Positions 10,762-22,251 of a DNA stretch of 64,000 nucleotides are shown in pieces. The translations under genes were made by a program, and so were the position numbers. The notes beneath the pieces were generated by a model. It worked only from the letters and a program-made list of their open reading frames with translations. It was not told the origin of the DNA and ran no database searches. The stretch is from an uncultured Gemmatimonadales bacterium (lineage in GTDB: Bacteria; Gemmatimonadota; Gemmatimonadetes; Gemmatimonadales; GWC2-71-9), in contig CAVUAK010000003.1 of the NCBI GenBank assembly GCA_963739455.1, positions 96,001 through 160,000 of the forward strand. Reading direction: 5' to 3'. Within the stretch, counting starts at the first letter, position 1. Each line of letters starts with the position of its first letter.

Positions 10762-11367
10762 ATGGCTATGCGGACCGCGACGCTCGTGCTGATCGGGTCA
10801 CTGCTGCTCGGCGGCCAGGTATCGGCGCAAATGAAGCCGGTGCAGACCCACCAGGGGTTGTGGGGTGGTTTCGGTGCCGGCGCCGGCCTCAACCTCACGG
10901 ACCTGGACAACGCCGGCAGCCTCTGGGGCTTCGCTGGTTACGGCCGGATCGGCGGAACGCTCAACCAGCGCGTGATGCTCGCCGGTGAGTCCGCCATCTG
11001 GGTCGGGTCGCGCGACGGCGTGAGCCACACGAGCGGCAATCTCTCCGCGATCATCATGTTCTATCCCAGCCCGAAGGGCGGCCTCTTCCTCCGCGGCGGA
11101 ATCGGGATCGCGTACGTCATGACCTCCATCGACCAGTCCGCCACGGTGGGCGGCATCTACTACCAGACGAGCGTGTCGCAGACCAAGGGTGGGTTCGGTG
11201 CCACCGCGAGCGTGGGCTACGATGTTCGCCTAGGGCGGAACATCTACCTCGTGCCTGAGGTGGGGTACTACCTGCAGGCCGTCGGTTCGCAGACCAGTAC
11301 GACCTTCGGCACCACCCCCGGCACCAACAACCTCCTCACATTCAGCCTCGGCCTCGTCTGGCACTGA
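10762..11367 (+). CDS. Outer-membrane beta-barrel protein (OmpA-like TM domain), paralog 1
   Basis: Signal peptide, alternating Gly/aromatic strands, C-terminal FSLGLVWH. Confidence 0.75.
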   Translation: MAMRTATLVLIGSLLLGGQVSAQMKPVQTHQGLWGGFGAGAGLNLTDLDNAGSLWGFAGYGRIGGTLNQRVMLAGESAIWVGSRDGVSHTSGNLSAIIMFYPSPKGGLFLRGGIGIAYVMTSIDQSATVGGIYYQTSVSQTKGGFGATASVGYDVRLGRNIYLVPEVGYYLQAVGSQTSTTFGTTPGTNNLLTFSLGLVWH

Positions 11368-11390
11368 CGCGGCTCCCAGCGGAGAATTCA

Positions 11391-11972
11391 ATGCGGCTTC
11401 CCACGATGGTCCTCCTTGGCGCATTCACTTTTTGCACTTCCGTCGCTGCGCAGGAAAAGCCGGCGCAGGTGCACCAGGGGCTGTGGGGCGGCTTCGGGCT
11501 TGGCGGCGGCGTGAATGTCAGTGAGGGAGATCGGTGGGGAGTCGACGTCTACGGAAGGATTGGCGGCACGCTGAGCCAGCGCGTGCTGCTGGGCGGCGAG
11601 TCGTCGGGATGGGCCGGGTCGCACCAGGGTGTCGACATGGCCCGCGGCAACCTCACCGCGATCATCCTCTACTACCCGAGCCTTCGCGGCGGGCTCTTCC
11701 TGCGCGGTGGGCTCGGCTTCTCATACATCCAGACCTCGATCAGTGACGGCACCACCGTCAACGGCGTCTTCTACCAGACCACGGTGTCGCAGACGAGTGG
11801 CGGGTTTGGCGCGACTGCCAGCGTCGGCTACGACGTCAGGCTGGGACGCAACATCTTCCTCGTTCCCGAGTTCGGCTGGGCACTGCAGTCGGTGGGGAGC
11901 GAGAGCACCTTCTTCGGTGTTCCCAGCACCGTCAACATCCTCTCGTTCACGCTCGGCCTGGTCTGGCACTGA
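11391..11972 (+). CDS. Outer-membrane beta-barrel protein, paralog 2
   Basis: Shares HQGLWGGFG, GRIGGTL, GGLFLRGG, GGFGATASVGYDVRLGRNI and LGLVWH with the upstream gene. Confidence 0.75.
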   Translation: MRLPTMVLLGAFTFCTSVAAQEKPAQVHQGLWGGFGLGGGVNVSEGDRWGVDVYGRIGGTLSQRVLLGGESSGWAGSHQGVDMARGNLTAIILYYPSLRGGLFLRGGLGFSYIQTSISDGTTVNGVFYQTTVSQTSGGFGATASVGYDVRLGRNIFLVPEFGWALQSVGSESTFFGVPSTVNILSFTLGLVWH

Positions 11973-11994
11973 CCAAGCGCCATCGCGGCGACGC

Positions 11995-13400
11995 TCAGAG
12001 CAGCGTGCCGCGCAGCACCACCACCGCCACGCTGAAGTAGATCACCAGCCCGGTCACGTCCACCAGCGTCGCCACGAACGGCGCCGATGCACTCGCCGGG
12101 TCGAACCCGAGCCGCTTGAGCGCGAAGGGCAGCATCGATCCGGCCAGCGAGCCGAAGGTCACCACGCCCACCAGGGCGAATCCCACCGTCAGCGCCACCA
12201 GGTGCCAGTGCGGACCGTAGTCGTAGAGGTGGAGGTACTGCCACAGCGTAATGCGCACGATGCCGATCACGCCGAGGATCGCGCCGAGCACCAGGCCGGA
12301 AGGAAGTTCGCGCACCGCCACCCGCCACCAGTCCTTGACCGCGATCTCCCGGATCGCCAGCGCGCGGATGATGAGTGAGGTGGCCTGGCTGCCGGAGTTG
12401 CCGCCCGAGCTCATGATCAGCGGAATGAACAGCGTCAGCACCACCGCCCGCGCCAGCTCTCCCTCGAAGTGCTGCATCGCCGTGGCGGTGAGCATCTCGC
12501 TCAGGAAGAGCACGCAGAGCCAGCCGGCGCGCTTCCGGATCATCCCGCCGAAGCTCATCTCGGTGTACGGCTCGTCGAACGCCGCCACGCCGCCGAACTT
12601 CTGGACGTCCTCCGTGCCCTCGCGCACCAGCGCGTCGATGACGTCGTCCACGGTCACGATGCCCAGGATCTTCCGGTCGCGGTCCACCACCGGTGCCGCG
12701 AGCAGGTTGTACTTGCTGATGAGCCGGGCCACATCCTCGCGATCGGTGTGCGGGCGGACGCTCAGCACCGTGCGCGCCGTCCCGACCTTGCCCATCAGCG
12801 GTCCCGGGGTCCGCCAGCACCAGTTCGCGCAGCGACACGACGTGCATCAGGGCCTGCGTGGCCGGATCGGTGACGTAGATCGCGTACACCGTCTCCTTGT
12901 TGCCGCTCACCCGCCGGATGAGCTCCATGGTGCTCGCGGCGGTCGTGTCGGCCGCGACGCTCAGGAACTCCGTCGTCATCATGCCGCCTGCCGTGTCGGG
13001 CTCGTACTGCAGCAGCAGTGTCAGCCCGCGCCGCGTGTGCGGGTTGAGCAGCGGGAGGAGCCGCTCGCGGTCGTCCGGTCGGCAGGTCGCGGAAGAGGTC
13101 GGCCTGCTGGTCGGCCGACATCGCGTCGATGAGCCGGCTTGCCGCCGGCAGGTCGAGCTTGCAGACGATGCCCGCGCGATCGTACTCCAGTTCCGGCTCG
13201 TCGAGCACCCGCACGGCCACATCGAACGGCAGCGCCGCCAGCACCTTGGCCGCGGGTTCGGGTGGCAGTTGTCGCAGCGCGTCGGCGATGTCGGCCGGCG
13301 GCAGGGCACCCGCCACGTCCGCGAATTCGTCGGGATCGGCGGAGAGCAGGTAGAGGAGCTCGGGCGTGGTCTCGGTGGTCGGCGCCGCGGGCAGCGTCAT
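11995..13400 (-). CDS. mgtE: Magnesium transporter MgtE (probable indels near 13080 and 12800)
   Basis: N domain (PPADIADAL), CBS pair (YEPDTAGGMMTTEF, LGIVTVDD), TM motifs SSGGNSGSQ and DPASASAPFVATLVDVTG, spread over three frames. Confidence 0.93.
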
Positions 13401-13565
13401 GGGGAACTCCTGACGGAAGACGCGGGAAGTATAGGAGGGTAGACTGGCCCCGAACTGCCCCGGATTCCGGGTGGCTGGGGGCCGGGTGTATCTTGTCGGG
13501 TGATCCGGGCACCGGGCAGGGGTGCCTGGCTGTAACTCAATTCAGTGCGGGAGGATAGCAGCTTC

Positions 13566-14343
13566 ATGAACACGACCGCGACGATGGAAACGGCCGGTGA
13601 AGTCACGAACGCATCGCAGCGCGCCGCGGATGCCGGTTCGAAGGCTGTCCCCGAACGCCGCTTCGTCAACAACGCGGACGAGTCGTGCCGCATGTTCAAG
13701 GCGGACTGGATGGAGGCGCTGAGCCATGTGCGGCCATGGGTGCCGCACGTGCTTTACGTCCCGGTCATCGTGGCGACACTGTGGCTGTCGTTCCGTGCGC
13801 TGGCCCCGCTCCAGGTCGGCCGGCTGGTTCGCCGTGGGTCTGCTGGTGTGGACGGTCCTCGAGTACGTCATTCACCGCTGGCTGTTCCATCCGCCGCAGT
13901 GGATCGAGGACGATACCCGGCGCATCTGCAGCACGCTCAAGGTGACCGACCCGGTCATGCCCGCCATGCCGACGTTCCGGCACAAGTTCTACTTCATGGT
14001 GCACGGCGTGCACCACGACTATCCCAACGACTCGACCCGGCTCGTCATGCCGCCGTCGGTGAGCATTCCGCTGGCCATCGTGTTCTGGTACGCATTCCGT
14101 GCCGCCTTCGGTGTCGCGTCGCCCGCGGTGTTCGCCGGGCTCATCGTCGGCTACCTCGCGTACGACACGATCCATCACGGGACGCATCACGCGAGCGCCA
14201 GCTCGCCCCTGGCCCGTATCTGGAAGAAGCGCCACTTCCGTCACCACTACGCCAATTCCGAGCGCGACTTCGGCGTCAGCAACCCGCTCTGGGACGTGGT
14301 GTTCGGTACGATGTCGTCTGGCAAGCCGGGCCGCGACGAGTAG
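13566..14343 (+). CDS. Fatty acid hydroxylase / sterol desaturase family, FA2H/Scs7-like (probable indel near 13820)
   Basis: His boxes EYVIHRWLFH, HGVHHDYPND..RLVMPP, YDTIHHGTH, HFRHHY, then FGVSNPLWDVVFGT. Confidence 0.88.
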
Positions 14344-14364
14344 TCGACCGCCCGCCCCGCGCGA

Positions 14365-14392
14365 GCCGGCCCCTGCATGCGCAGGGGCCGGC
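14365..14392. terminator. GC-rich hairpin after the hydroxylase gene
   Basis: GCCGGCCCCTGC-ATGC-GCAGGGGCCGGC, a perfect 12-bp stem about 20 nt after the stop codon. U-tract is weak. Confidence 0.55.
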
Positions 14393-14537
14393 GTCATCTT
14401 CCGGAAAAGCTCCCGATAGGCGCCGACGTCGCGCCTGTTTCCATTCGCAGGAACATCGCAGGACATCCTCTCGTGCCGACTCAGCCACCGTTGTCGCGCG
14501 CGTGGCCAGGCGGCGCGCCAATCATCCGGGACAACGT

Positions 14538-15630
14538 ATGAGCCTGAATACGTGGGCCATCGCGCGCCTCGCCGCCCTGTGCGCCGGCGCCTCACTGCTC
14601 GTCACGGCCCCGCTCCACGCCGGCGAGAAAACCGACATCCTCTACATGCGGAACGGTGACCGGCTCACCTGCGAGATCAAGACCCTCGAGGGCGGTTCAC
14701 TGCAGGTGAGCCTGGACTACGTGGATGGCACGATCTCGATCGACTGGCTGGAGATCGAGCGCCTCGACAGCAAGCGCCTCTTCATCGTCAAGCTCGAGGA
14801 CGGGTCGGTGTACACCGGCACGCTGGCCGTCGCCGAGGCGGCACCCGGGGTGCCGGCCAAGCTGCCAGATCTCCTCGGGACCCGGCAGCTTCGTCCTGAT
14901 CGACAAGGAGCAGATCGTGCAGATGGGCGAGACGTCGGCAGACTTCTGGAAGCGCTTCGCCGTGGATGTCGCCGCCGGCATCATCTTCGCCAAGGCCAAT
15001 TCGCAGACCCAGTACAACCTGAGCGCCTCGATCACCTATCCGCGCCCGCGCTGGTCGGCCAGCCTGCTGGCGAACTCCTCGCTGTCGACGACGTCAGGGG
15101 CTCCAGCGGCCACCCGCAACCAGCTGGACCTCGGGGCGTACCACCTCCTTCCCTTCCGGAACTGGTTTTACGCCGGGCAGGCTGCCCTGCTGCAGAGCAC
15201 CGAACAGGGCGTTGACCTGCGGTCGAGCATTGGCGGTGGCGTCGGGCGTTACTTCAAGAACACGGAGACCGTCAGCCTCTCGTTTACCGGCGGGCTGGCA
15301 TACCAGAACACCATTTACGCCCCGTCGGCGCAGCCGGAGGGACCGCCCGATGTGCTCACCGCGCTCCTCGCGGGCAACCTGAGCGTCGTCACCTTCAAGA
15401 AGACGAACCTCACCGTCACGGTCACCGCGCTGCCGGCGCTGAGCCAGCCCGGACGGCTCTTCCTCAACACCAACGGCAGCTTCTTTCTCAAGCTCTTCAG
15501 CAACCTCACCTTCAACATCGCGTTCTATGGCAACTGGGATACGCAACCGCCCTCGAACTACTCCGGCAGCGACTACGGCTTCAGCTCCGGGCTGGGATGG
15601 ACCTTCGGCAACCAGTGGACCACGCGGTAG
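14538..15630 (+). CDS. DUF481-like outer-membrane protein (probable indel near 14865)
   Basis: Signal peptide, KTDILYMRNGDRLTCEIK N-terminal domain, beta-barrel C-terminus ending DYGFSSGLGWTF. Confidence 0.75.
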
Positions 15631-15639
15631 GAGAGCTCC

Positions 15640-16395
15640 ATGAGCGCACACTTCGTTGGGTTGCTGGTCTTTGGCAGCCTGTTCGGGGCCGCACTCCTCG
15701 GCATGCGAATCCGGGCCTGGCTCCCCGGGCATCACCTCTCCCCGGAAGCCAAGGACTCCGTCCGCGTTGCCATGGGAACCGTGGCAACCATGGCAGCACT
15801 GGTGCTCGGCCTGCTGGTCGCCTCGACCAAGGGGTCGTATGACGCCGAGCGGAATGAGTCCATCCAGCTGGCTGCGCGGATTATCTACCTCGACCGGGTG
15901 CTGGCGATGTACGGACCCGAAACCAGCGTGGCGCGGGGCGAACTGAAGCAGGCAACCGCCAGCATGCTGGGCCGCATGTGGCCCGACGAGCCGAAGCAGA
16001 AGGTGGTGCTCGAGCCGAGCGAGAAGTGGAGCGACCAGCTGCCGAAGGCGATCTACGGCCTGGCGCCGAAGGATGACGTACAGCGCGACCTCAAGGACCA
16101 GGCCGTCGAGATGGTCGACGACCTGGGGCAGACGCGCTGGCTCCTGTACGAGCAGGCCGAGACGTCGGTGTCGCGGGCGATGCTGCTGGTGGTGATTCTC
16201 TGGCTTGCGATCCTCTTCCTGTCCATCGGGCTGTTCGCGCCGCCCAACGCCACCGTCATCATGGCGTTGATGCTGTCCGCGGTGTCGGTGTCCGGGGCCA
16301 TCTTCCTGATCCTCGAGCTCGACATGCCCTACGGCGGCTTGATCAGCATCTCGAGCCAGCCGATGCGCGTGGCGCTCGCGCACCTGGGTCAGTGA
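15640..16395 (+). CDS. DUF4239 / bestrophin-like membrane protein
   Basis: [18 protein letters not shown] and [23 protein letters not shown] motifs. Confidence 0.75.
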   Translation: MSAHFVGLLVFGSLFGAALLGMRIRAWLPGHHLSPEAKDSVRVAMGTVATMAALVLGLLVASTKGSYDAERNESIQLAARIIYLDRVLAMYGPETSVARGELKQATASMLGRMWPDEPKQKVVLEPSEKWSDQLPKAIYGLAPKDDVQRDLKDQAVEMVDDLGQTRWLLYEQAETSVSRAMLLVVILWLAILFLSIGLFAPPNATVIMALMLSAVSVSGAIFLILELDMPYGGLISISSQPMRVALAHLGQ

Positions 16396-17990
16396 CCGTC
16401 GACCTCGACCAGCTCGAGCGGGACTACTACGAGCGTCACCCCGAGCCCGGCAATCCGGCACAGCAGGTCACCTTCGGCACCAGCGGACACCGCGGAACTT
16501 CTCTCAACGGGACCTTCACCGAAGCGCACATCCTGGCCATCACCCAGGCGATCTGTGAGTACCGGCGTGAGATCGGGATCGACGGTCCGCTCCACCTCGG
16601 CAAGGACACCCACGCGCTGTCCGCACCGGCACAGCGCACGGCCCTCGAGGTACTCGCCGCCAACGGGGTGGAGACGATCATCCAGGCCGGCGATGGGGTC
16701 ACCCCGACCCCGGTGATCTCCCGCGCGATCCTGGTGCACAATCGCCATCGCCACGACCACCTCGCCGATGGCATCGTTATCACCCCGTCGCACAACCCGC
16801 CCGAGGACGGCGGCTTCAAGTACAACACGACGAATGGTGGCCCCGCCGATACCGACGTCACGCGCCGGATCCAGGATCGCGCGAACGCCCTGCTGCTGGG
16901 CGGGAATGCCGGCGTAGTTCGTGTGCCGCTCGCCGCGGCGATGCGGGCCCCGACTACGCGCCAGCAGGACTTCGTGCTGCCGTACGTCGCCGACCTCGGA
17001 AGCGTGCTCGACATGGACGCGGTACGGGCGGCAGGGCTGCACCTCGGTGCCGATGCCCTCGGCGGCGCGGCGGGGCCCTACTGGGATCCCATCAGTTCGC
17101 TGTACGGGCTCGACATCACCGTCGTGAACGCGAAGGCCGATCCCACCTTTTCGTTCATGCCGCCGGATCATGACGGCCGGATTCGCATGGATTGCTCCAG
17201 TCCCCAGGCGATGGCGGGTCTCGTGGGCCTGCGGGACCAGTACCGCCTCGCCTTCGCGAACGATCCCGACGCCGATCGCCACGGGATCGTGACGCCTGCC
17301 GGACTGATGAACCCCAACCACTACCTCGCGGTTGCCATCCGCTACCTGCTCGCTCACCGCACCGGATGGCCGGCGAGTGCAGCGGTGGGGAAGACCCTGG
17401 TCAGCAGCAGCCTGATCGATCGCGTCGTGGCCGCGGCCGGTCGCCGGTTGCTGGAGGTGCCAGTGGGCTTCAAGTGGTTTTCTCCCGGCCTGTTCGACGG
17501 ATCCTGCTGCTTCGGCGGCGAGGAGAGTGCGGGGGCGAGTTTCCTGCGGCGCGATGGTACCGTGTGGACGACCGACAAGGATGGAATCGTGCTGGCGCTG
17601 CTCGCCGCCGAGATCACCGCGCGAACCGGCCGGGACCCGGGCGAGCACTACACGGAAATCGCGGCGGTACTCGGAACACCCGCATACACCCGTATCGATG
17701 CGCCGGCATCAGCAGCGGTGCGTGCCGCACTCGGGCGGCTGGCACCGGAGTCGGTGACGGCCTCAACGCTGGCGGGGGAGCCGATCACGGCACGGCTGAC
17801 GCGCGCGCCGGGCAACGGCGCGCCCATCGGAGGACTCAAGGTGGTCGCCGGGAACTGCTGGTTCGCGGCCCGACCATCCGGCACCGAGGACATCTACAAG
17901 ATCTATGCGGAGAGCTTCAACGGAGCGGCACACCTGCAGCAGGTGGTGCTCGAGGCACGCGCCATCGTTGACGCCGCCCTCATGGCGTAG
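16392..17990 (+). CDS. pgm: Phosphoglucomutase (alpha-D-glucose-1,6-bisphosphate-dependent)
   Basis: FGTSGHRG, catalytic TPSHNPP, metal loop [32 protein letters not shown]. Confidence 0.96.
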   Translation: MTVDLDQLERDYYERHPEPGNPAQQVTFGTSGHRGTSLNGTFTEAHILAITQAICEYRREIGIDGPLHLGKDTHALSAPAQRTALEVLAANGVETIIQAGDGVTPTPVISRAILVHNRHRHDHLADGIVITPSHNPPEDGGFKYNTTNGGPADTDVTRRIQDRANALLLGGNAGVVRVPLAAAMRAPTTRQQDFVLPYVADLGSVLDMDAVRAAGLHLGADALGGAAGPYWDPISSLYGLDITVVNAKADPTFSFMPPDHDGRIRMDCSSPQAMAGLVGLRDQYRLAFANDPDADRHGIVTPAGLMNPNHYLAVAIRYLLAHRTGWPASAAVGKTLVSSSLIDRVVAAAGRRLLEVPVGFKWFSPGLFDGSCCFGGEESAGASFLRRDGTVWTTDKDGIVLALLAAEITARTGRDPGEHYTEIAAVLGTPAYTRIDAPASAAVRAALGRLAPESVTASTLAGEPITARLTRAPGNGAPIGGLKVVAGNCWFAARPSGTEDIYKIYAESFNGAAHLQQVVLEARAIVDAALMA

Positions 17991-20125
17991 GTTCGACCGA
18001 TGCCGGGTTCTCCGTCACCACGCCATTCAGGCGGCGCACCACGCCCATCAGGTTGCCCACCTTGTAGAAATCGACCGCGATGATGTTGGGAAGGTGGTGT
18101 CGCTCCTTCATGCACTGGTTCGCCCGGCCCCACAGGTAGTCGGTTCGGTTCACGATCGCCGCGTTGCTGGGCTTGGGCGCCGGGGTCGACTCGATCCAGT
18201 GATTGATCTGGAAGAGCAGCGCATGGTTCCCGCCCCGGTTCTCCTTGCAGCTGAACTCTGAAGTTTCGTGGAAGGTATAGGGCGTTTCCATGATGGCGCC
18301 GTCGAAGGCCGGGTACAGCCACGGCACACCCGGACGTTCCCGACTCCAGGAACACGAGGAGCGGCGTGCCGGCCTCGATGAGCGCGCGAAGCGTCGGCAG
18401 GGGCGCGGTCATCGGGCCGCGGTAGGCGAACTTGTCCAGGCCCGCCTTCTCGAAGTCGGCGGCGATGCTCTCCGGCGGCGCGTAGTCCTCGATCACCATG
18501 ATCAGCACTTCCTCGGGATTCGCCCGCAGGAAGTTGCGTACCGCCTCGAGCTCCGGCAGCAGCTCGCGACTGCCGATCTCGCAGAAGCCGTGGCAGAGGT
18601 ACAGTGCCGGCGGACCGCTGGGCCTGCCGGTGAGTCGATTGCGGATCCGCACGGCGACGGCCGTCGCGGAATCGCCGATCGCGTGCGCAATCTTGAGCGC
18701 CGACTGCGCCTCCGCCTCGAGGTCGGTGCGCACCGTCCCCTCGACCGGGACACCGTTGTGCACGTCGATGAGCAGGGCGCGGATGCCTGCCTCCAGCTGT
18801 CGCTTGATGCTCCCGTTCTGCTGCGGGAACATCCAGCCGGCCATGTCCACGTTGGACATCGAGTTGTGGGTGGCGGGAAACACCACCTCGTCCACGCGAC
18901 GGTCGCAGAGCACACTCGATCCGTTGCATTCCATCATTCCGGTGATCGCCTCGCGCTTGCCCGGTCGTGCCAGGGCGACCACCGCGCCACCCAGCCCCAC
19001 GACAAGCAGCGCGATGACGGCGACACGACGGTTGAACCAGCCCAGCCCTTCCTGTGCGACAGCGGCTGCGGCAGGGGCCGTCTCTTCTGGCAGGGCGCCA
19101 AGCACCAGGCGGAAGAGCTCGCGCAGCCCGATGTAGCAGATGCCGAGTCCGCTCAGGAGCGCGATGGTAGCGGCGGCGTCGGTGGGAAACGCCACCACCA
19201 GGCCACCGAGGAGTGTGAGGCCCAGCGACCAGAGAAGGACGAGCCCCGGCGACTTGGGCGGCGTGGCGATCGTCCGGGCCAGCGCCTCCGCCCGGCGGAT
19301 CGGGTCGGCCGCCTCGAGCAGCGAGGTCGCGGCCGCCGTGATCAGCAACCCGATGCCGCCCAGCGTGATGCCCCACGCCAGGAGGCCCGTGAAGTACGCC
19401 CGCCACAGTCCGGCGATCGCGCCGCGCTCGAGTGCCTCCCGGGAAGCGATCGCAGCCACGGCCCGCCCGGCGGGGATGACGCCCGCCAGCAGCACCGCCG
19501 CCAGCAGGAGCCCGATGCCGGCGCGGAGCAGCGCCCGGCGACGATCAGCGGCAAACCCGATTCCCAGTACGATCAGCAGGGGCCCCGCGAGCAGGAACAC
19601 AACCCCGGCACGCGCCAGGAACCCGAGAAGGCGGAGCCCGTCGCGGAGGCGGGCCATCTCCGGGCGCGTATTCAGGTCCGACGCAAATGCCTCGATGCGG
19701 GGCGGGATCTTGTCCGCCGCCTCCGGGCTCATGCCCTGGACCGCCGACTGGACCAGCACGCCCACATCGGGCAGCGAGAGCAGCACCCTTTGGCCCGTCG
19801 TCGAGACCGCCGAGCGGTGTGCCGTGCGCACCGCCGACCGCACGATGGCCCGGAATGGCCCGGTCTGCACGAGGCCACCTGCCGTCGCGGCAATGATCGG
19901 CCGGAAGGCGACCAGGTCGGGCTTCTCGGCCAGGATGGCGTTGGTCAGGCGGTCGGCGACGAAGGCGGAAACGCGGGGATCACTCAGGCTGGCAGCCGTC
20001 CGGTCGGCCATTGCGTCGCCGTTGAGGATGCCGCGGGCGGCGTCCCTGGCAAGGGCGCCCAGGGCAGTCAGGACGACGCCCAGGGCGAGGACCAGTCGAG
20101 CGAACCTGATGGGAGAGCTTCTCAT
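17980..20125 (-). CDS. Multi-TM membrane protein with a C-terminal PLC-like phosphodiesterase (PI-PLC X-type) domain (probable indel near 18335)
   Basis: About 8 TM segments, then [46 protein letters not shown]. The C-terminus ([13 protein letters not shown]) is in ORF 17980..18327. Confidence 0.78.
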
Positions 20126-20194
20126 GGAAGATGTGCTATGATACATGCCTGTCTGGGCAGGTGGAACGGCAGGCCTACCTACAAAGGAATTCCG

Positions 20195-21073
20195 ATGCGC
20201 GTGCTCTTCGTCCCGGTCCGGTTGCCGGCGGTGGTTGTTGCGCTCCTGCTTGCCAGCTCCGTACCATGCCACCTCATGGCGCAGACCCCGGCGAACCACC
20301 TCTACGACAAGTTCCAGTTCAGCGTGTCCGGCGCCAGCGTGATCCTGGGCACCACGATCAAGATCGACAACGCCAATGGCACTGCCGGAACCGAGATCAA
20401 TTTCAACACCCTTGGGATATCAAAGAACGCTTTCTCGCCTGCGTTTGCCGTAGCGTGGCGGCCCGGGCGGCGTCACCAGCTCGCCCTCAGCTACCTCTAC
20501 ATCAACCGCACCGGAAGCAAGACCCTCACCGAGGATGTGGATTTCGGTGATACCTCGTTCACGGCCGGCGTGAAGATCAACTCGAGCTTTTCCGCTCCCA
20601 CGCTGGGCCTGGATTACCGCTTCGCCATCCTGGCCAAGGAGAAGGTCCAATTGGGCCTTCAGGTTGGCCTGGGAGCCCTCTTCTTCAGCGTGGGGATCGA
20701 CGCGCTCGCGGGTGTCACGGGGGGCGGTGCTGATACACTGGATGTGGGTTACAGCGCCAGCAAGGGCCTCACCGGCCCGACGGCGGCCCTGGGCGCCTAT
20801 GGCGGGTTCCGAGCCGGCGACCACTGGTACTTCCTCGTGAACGGCGGGGCCATCGGGGCCAAGGTCAGCAACATCACCGCATCGAGCTGGGTCCTCGGCG
20901 CCGACGTGCGGTACTTCTTCAACAACCACTGGGGACTCGGTGGCGGGTGGGGCTACAGCGGCGTCAAGGTCAGCAGCGACGCTGGCGCTGATGGGGGCTT
21001 GATCAAGCTGAAGGGCAGCATCAAGTACAACTACAACGTCTTCCGGCTCGGTGTCATGTACGCACTGCCTTGA
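20195..21073 (+). CDS. Outer-membrane beta-barrel protein
   Basis: Signal peptide and amphipathic strands (RHQLALSY, LGLDYRFAIL, VRYFFNNHWGLGGGW). The real start is ATG 20195 within the long track ORF. Confidence 0.75.
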   Translation: MRVLFVPVRLPAVVVALLLASSVPCHLMAQTPANHLYDKFQFSVSGASVILGTTIKIDNANGTAGTEINFNTLGISKNAFSPAFAVAWRPGRRHQLALSYLYINRTGSKTLTEDVDFGDTSFTAGVKINSSFSAPTLGLDYRFAILAKEKVQLGLQVGLGALFFSVGIDALAGVTGGGADTLDVGYSASKGLTGPTAALGAYGGFRAGDHWYFLVNGGAIGAKVSNITASSWVLGADVRYFFNNHWGLGGGWGYSGVKVSSDAGADGGLIKLKGSIKYNYNVFRLGVMYALP

Positions 21074-22251
21074 GCCGCGCGTTCCGCACCCTGTTGCTGC
21101 TCGCGCCGTGGTGTGGCGCAGCGGCACTGGCGGCACAGCAACCGGGCAGTGGCGAGTACCTCACCCGCGCGGGTGACTGCATTGCCTGCCATACCGCCCC
21201 AGGTGCCGCGCCTGGGGCTGGCGGGTTCAGGATGGACACTCCCTTCGGCTACCTGCTCTCTCCCAACATCACGCCCGACTCGATCACGGGCATCGGCCGC
21301 TGGACGGCCGATGAGTTCTACCGCGCACTGCACGATGGGGTGAACCGTCGCGGGCAGGACATGTATCCCGCCATGCCCTACACCTTCTACACGAGGGTGA
21401 CGCGCGCCGACAGCGACTCCATCTTCGCCTACCTGCGCTCCATGCCCCCGGTGCGGAACGCGGTCGACGTGAACCAGCTCCGCTTTCCGTTCGACCAGCG
21501 CTGGAGCATGATGGGATGGCGTGAACTTTTCTTCACCGAGGGCACGTTCGTGCCCGACCGCGCGCATACGGCGTCGTGGAACCGGGGAGCGTACCTGGTG
21601 CAGGGGCTGGGTCACTGCGATGCCTGCCACTCGCCCATGAACGCCCTGGGCGCAAACGAAAAGCGCCAGGCCTTCACCGGTGGATCGGTGGATGGCTGGT
21701 TCGCACCGAACCTCACGGACGAGCTGACGACAGGCCTTGGGAGCTGGAGCATCGACCAGGTCGTGGCCTACCTCAAGACCGGCGCGGCCAAGGGCAAGTC
21801 CACCGCGGTTGGCGACATGGCCATGGTGATTCATGGAAGCCTGAGCCACTTGTCGGACGCGGACCTTCGCGCGATGGCGGAATACCTGAAGTCCCTGCCG
21901 CCGAAGTCGGCGCGGGAGCGCCCGCCGCTGCTGGAGCCGGTGCCACCCCAGGCCGCGAGCCTATACATCACCAGCTGCGGGGCGTGTCACCAGGCGAAGG
22001 GGCGCGGTGTGCCAGGGGTGTTCCCGCCACTCGCGGCAAATGGGCTGGTGGTGGCGCCCGATCCGTCAGACGTGATCAACGTGGTGTTGCAGGGAGTGCC
22101 GGCGCAGAACGGATACGTCGCGATGCCGGCGTTCGCGAGTCAGCTGTCCGACCAGCAGGTGGCCGATGTGGTGAACTACGTGCGCAGCAACTGGGGCAAC
22201 ACCGCCCCGGCGAATGCGACGGCGGAAATGGTTGGCCGTCAGCGTCACTAG
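21070..22251 (+). CDS. Triheme cytochrome c (AdhB / gluconate dehydrogenase cytochrome subunit family)
   Basis: Three CxxCH motifs (CIACH, CDACH, CGACH), plus PNITPD..GIGRW, YPAMPY, RGAYLVQGLGHC. Confidence 0.9.
   Translation: MSRAFRTLLLLAPWCGAAALAAQQPGSGEYLTRAGDCIACHTAPGAAPGAGGFRMDTPFGYLLSPNITPDSITGIGRWTADEFYRALHDGVNRRGQDMYPAMPYTFYTRVTRADSDSIFAYLRSMPPVRNAVDVNQLRFPFDQRWSMMGWRELFFTEGTFVPDRAHTASWNRGAYLVQGLGHCDACHSPMNALGANEKRQAFTGGSVDGWFAPNLTDELTTGLGSWSIDQVVAYLKTGAAKGKSTAVGDMAMVIHGSLSHLSDADLRAMAEYLKSLPPKSARERPPLLEPVPPQAASLYITSCGACHQAKGRGVPGVFPPLAANGLVVAPDPSDVINVVLQGVPAQNGYVAMPAFASQLSDQQVADVVNYVRSNWGNTAPANATAEMVGRQRH

Noticed and set aside
13400..13565. Possible M-box or other Mg2+ riboswitch upstream of mgtE
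   Set aside because: Short divergent intergenic region with no recognisable conserved motif or terminator on the mgtE strand.
13545..15215. 556-aa ORF joining the hydroxylase N-terminus to the DUF481 N-terminus
   Set aside because: Chimera created by frameshifts; the middle part is off-frame and crosses a hairpin.
18290..20194. Long N-terminal extension of the 927-aa plus-strand ORF
   Set aside because: Antisense shadow of the PLC-like gene in high-GC DNA; the real OMP starts at 20195.
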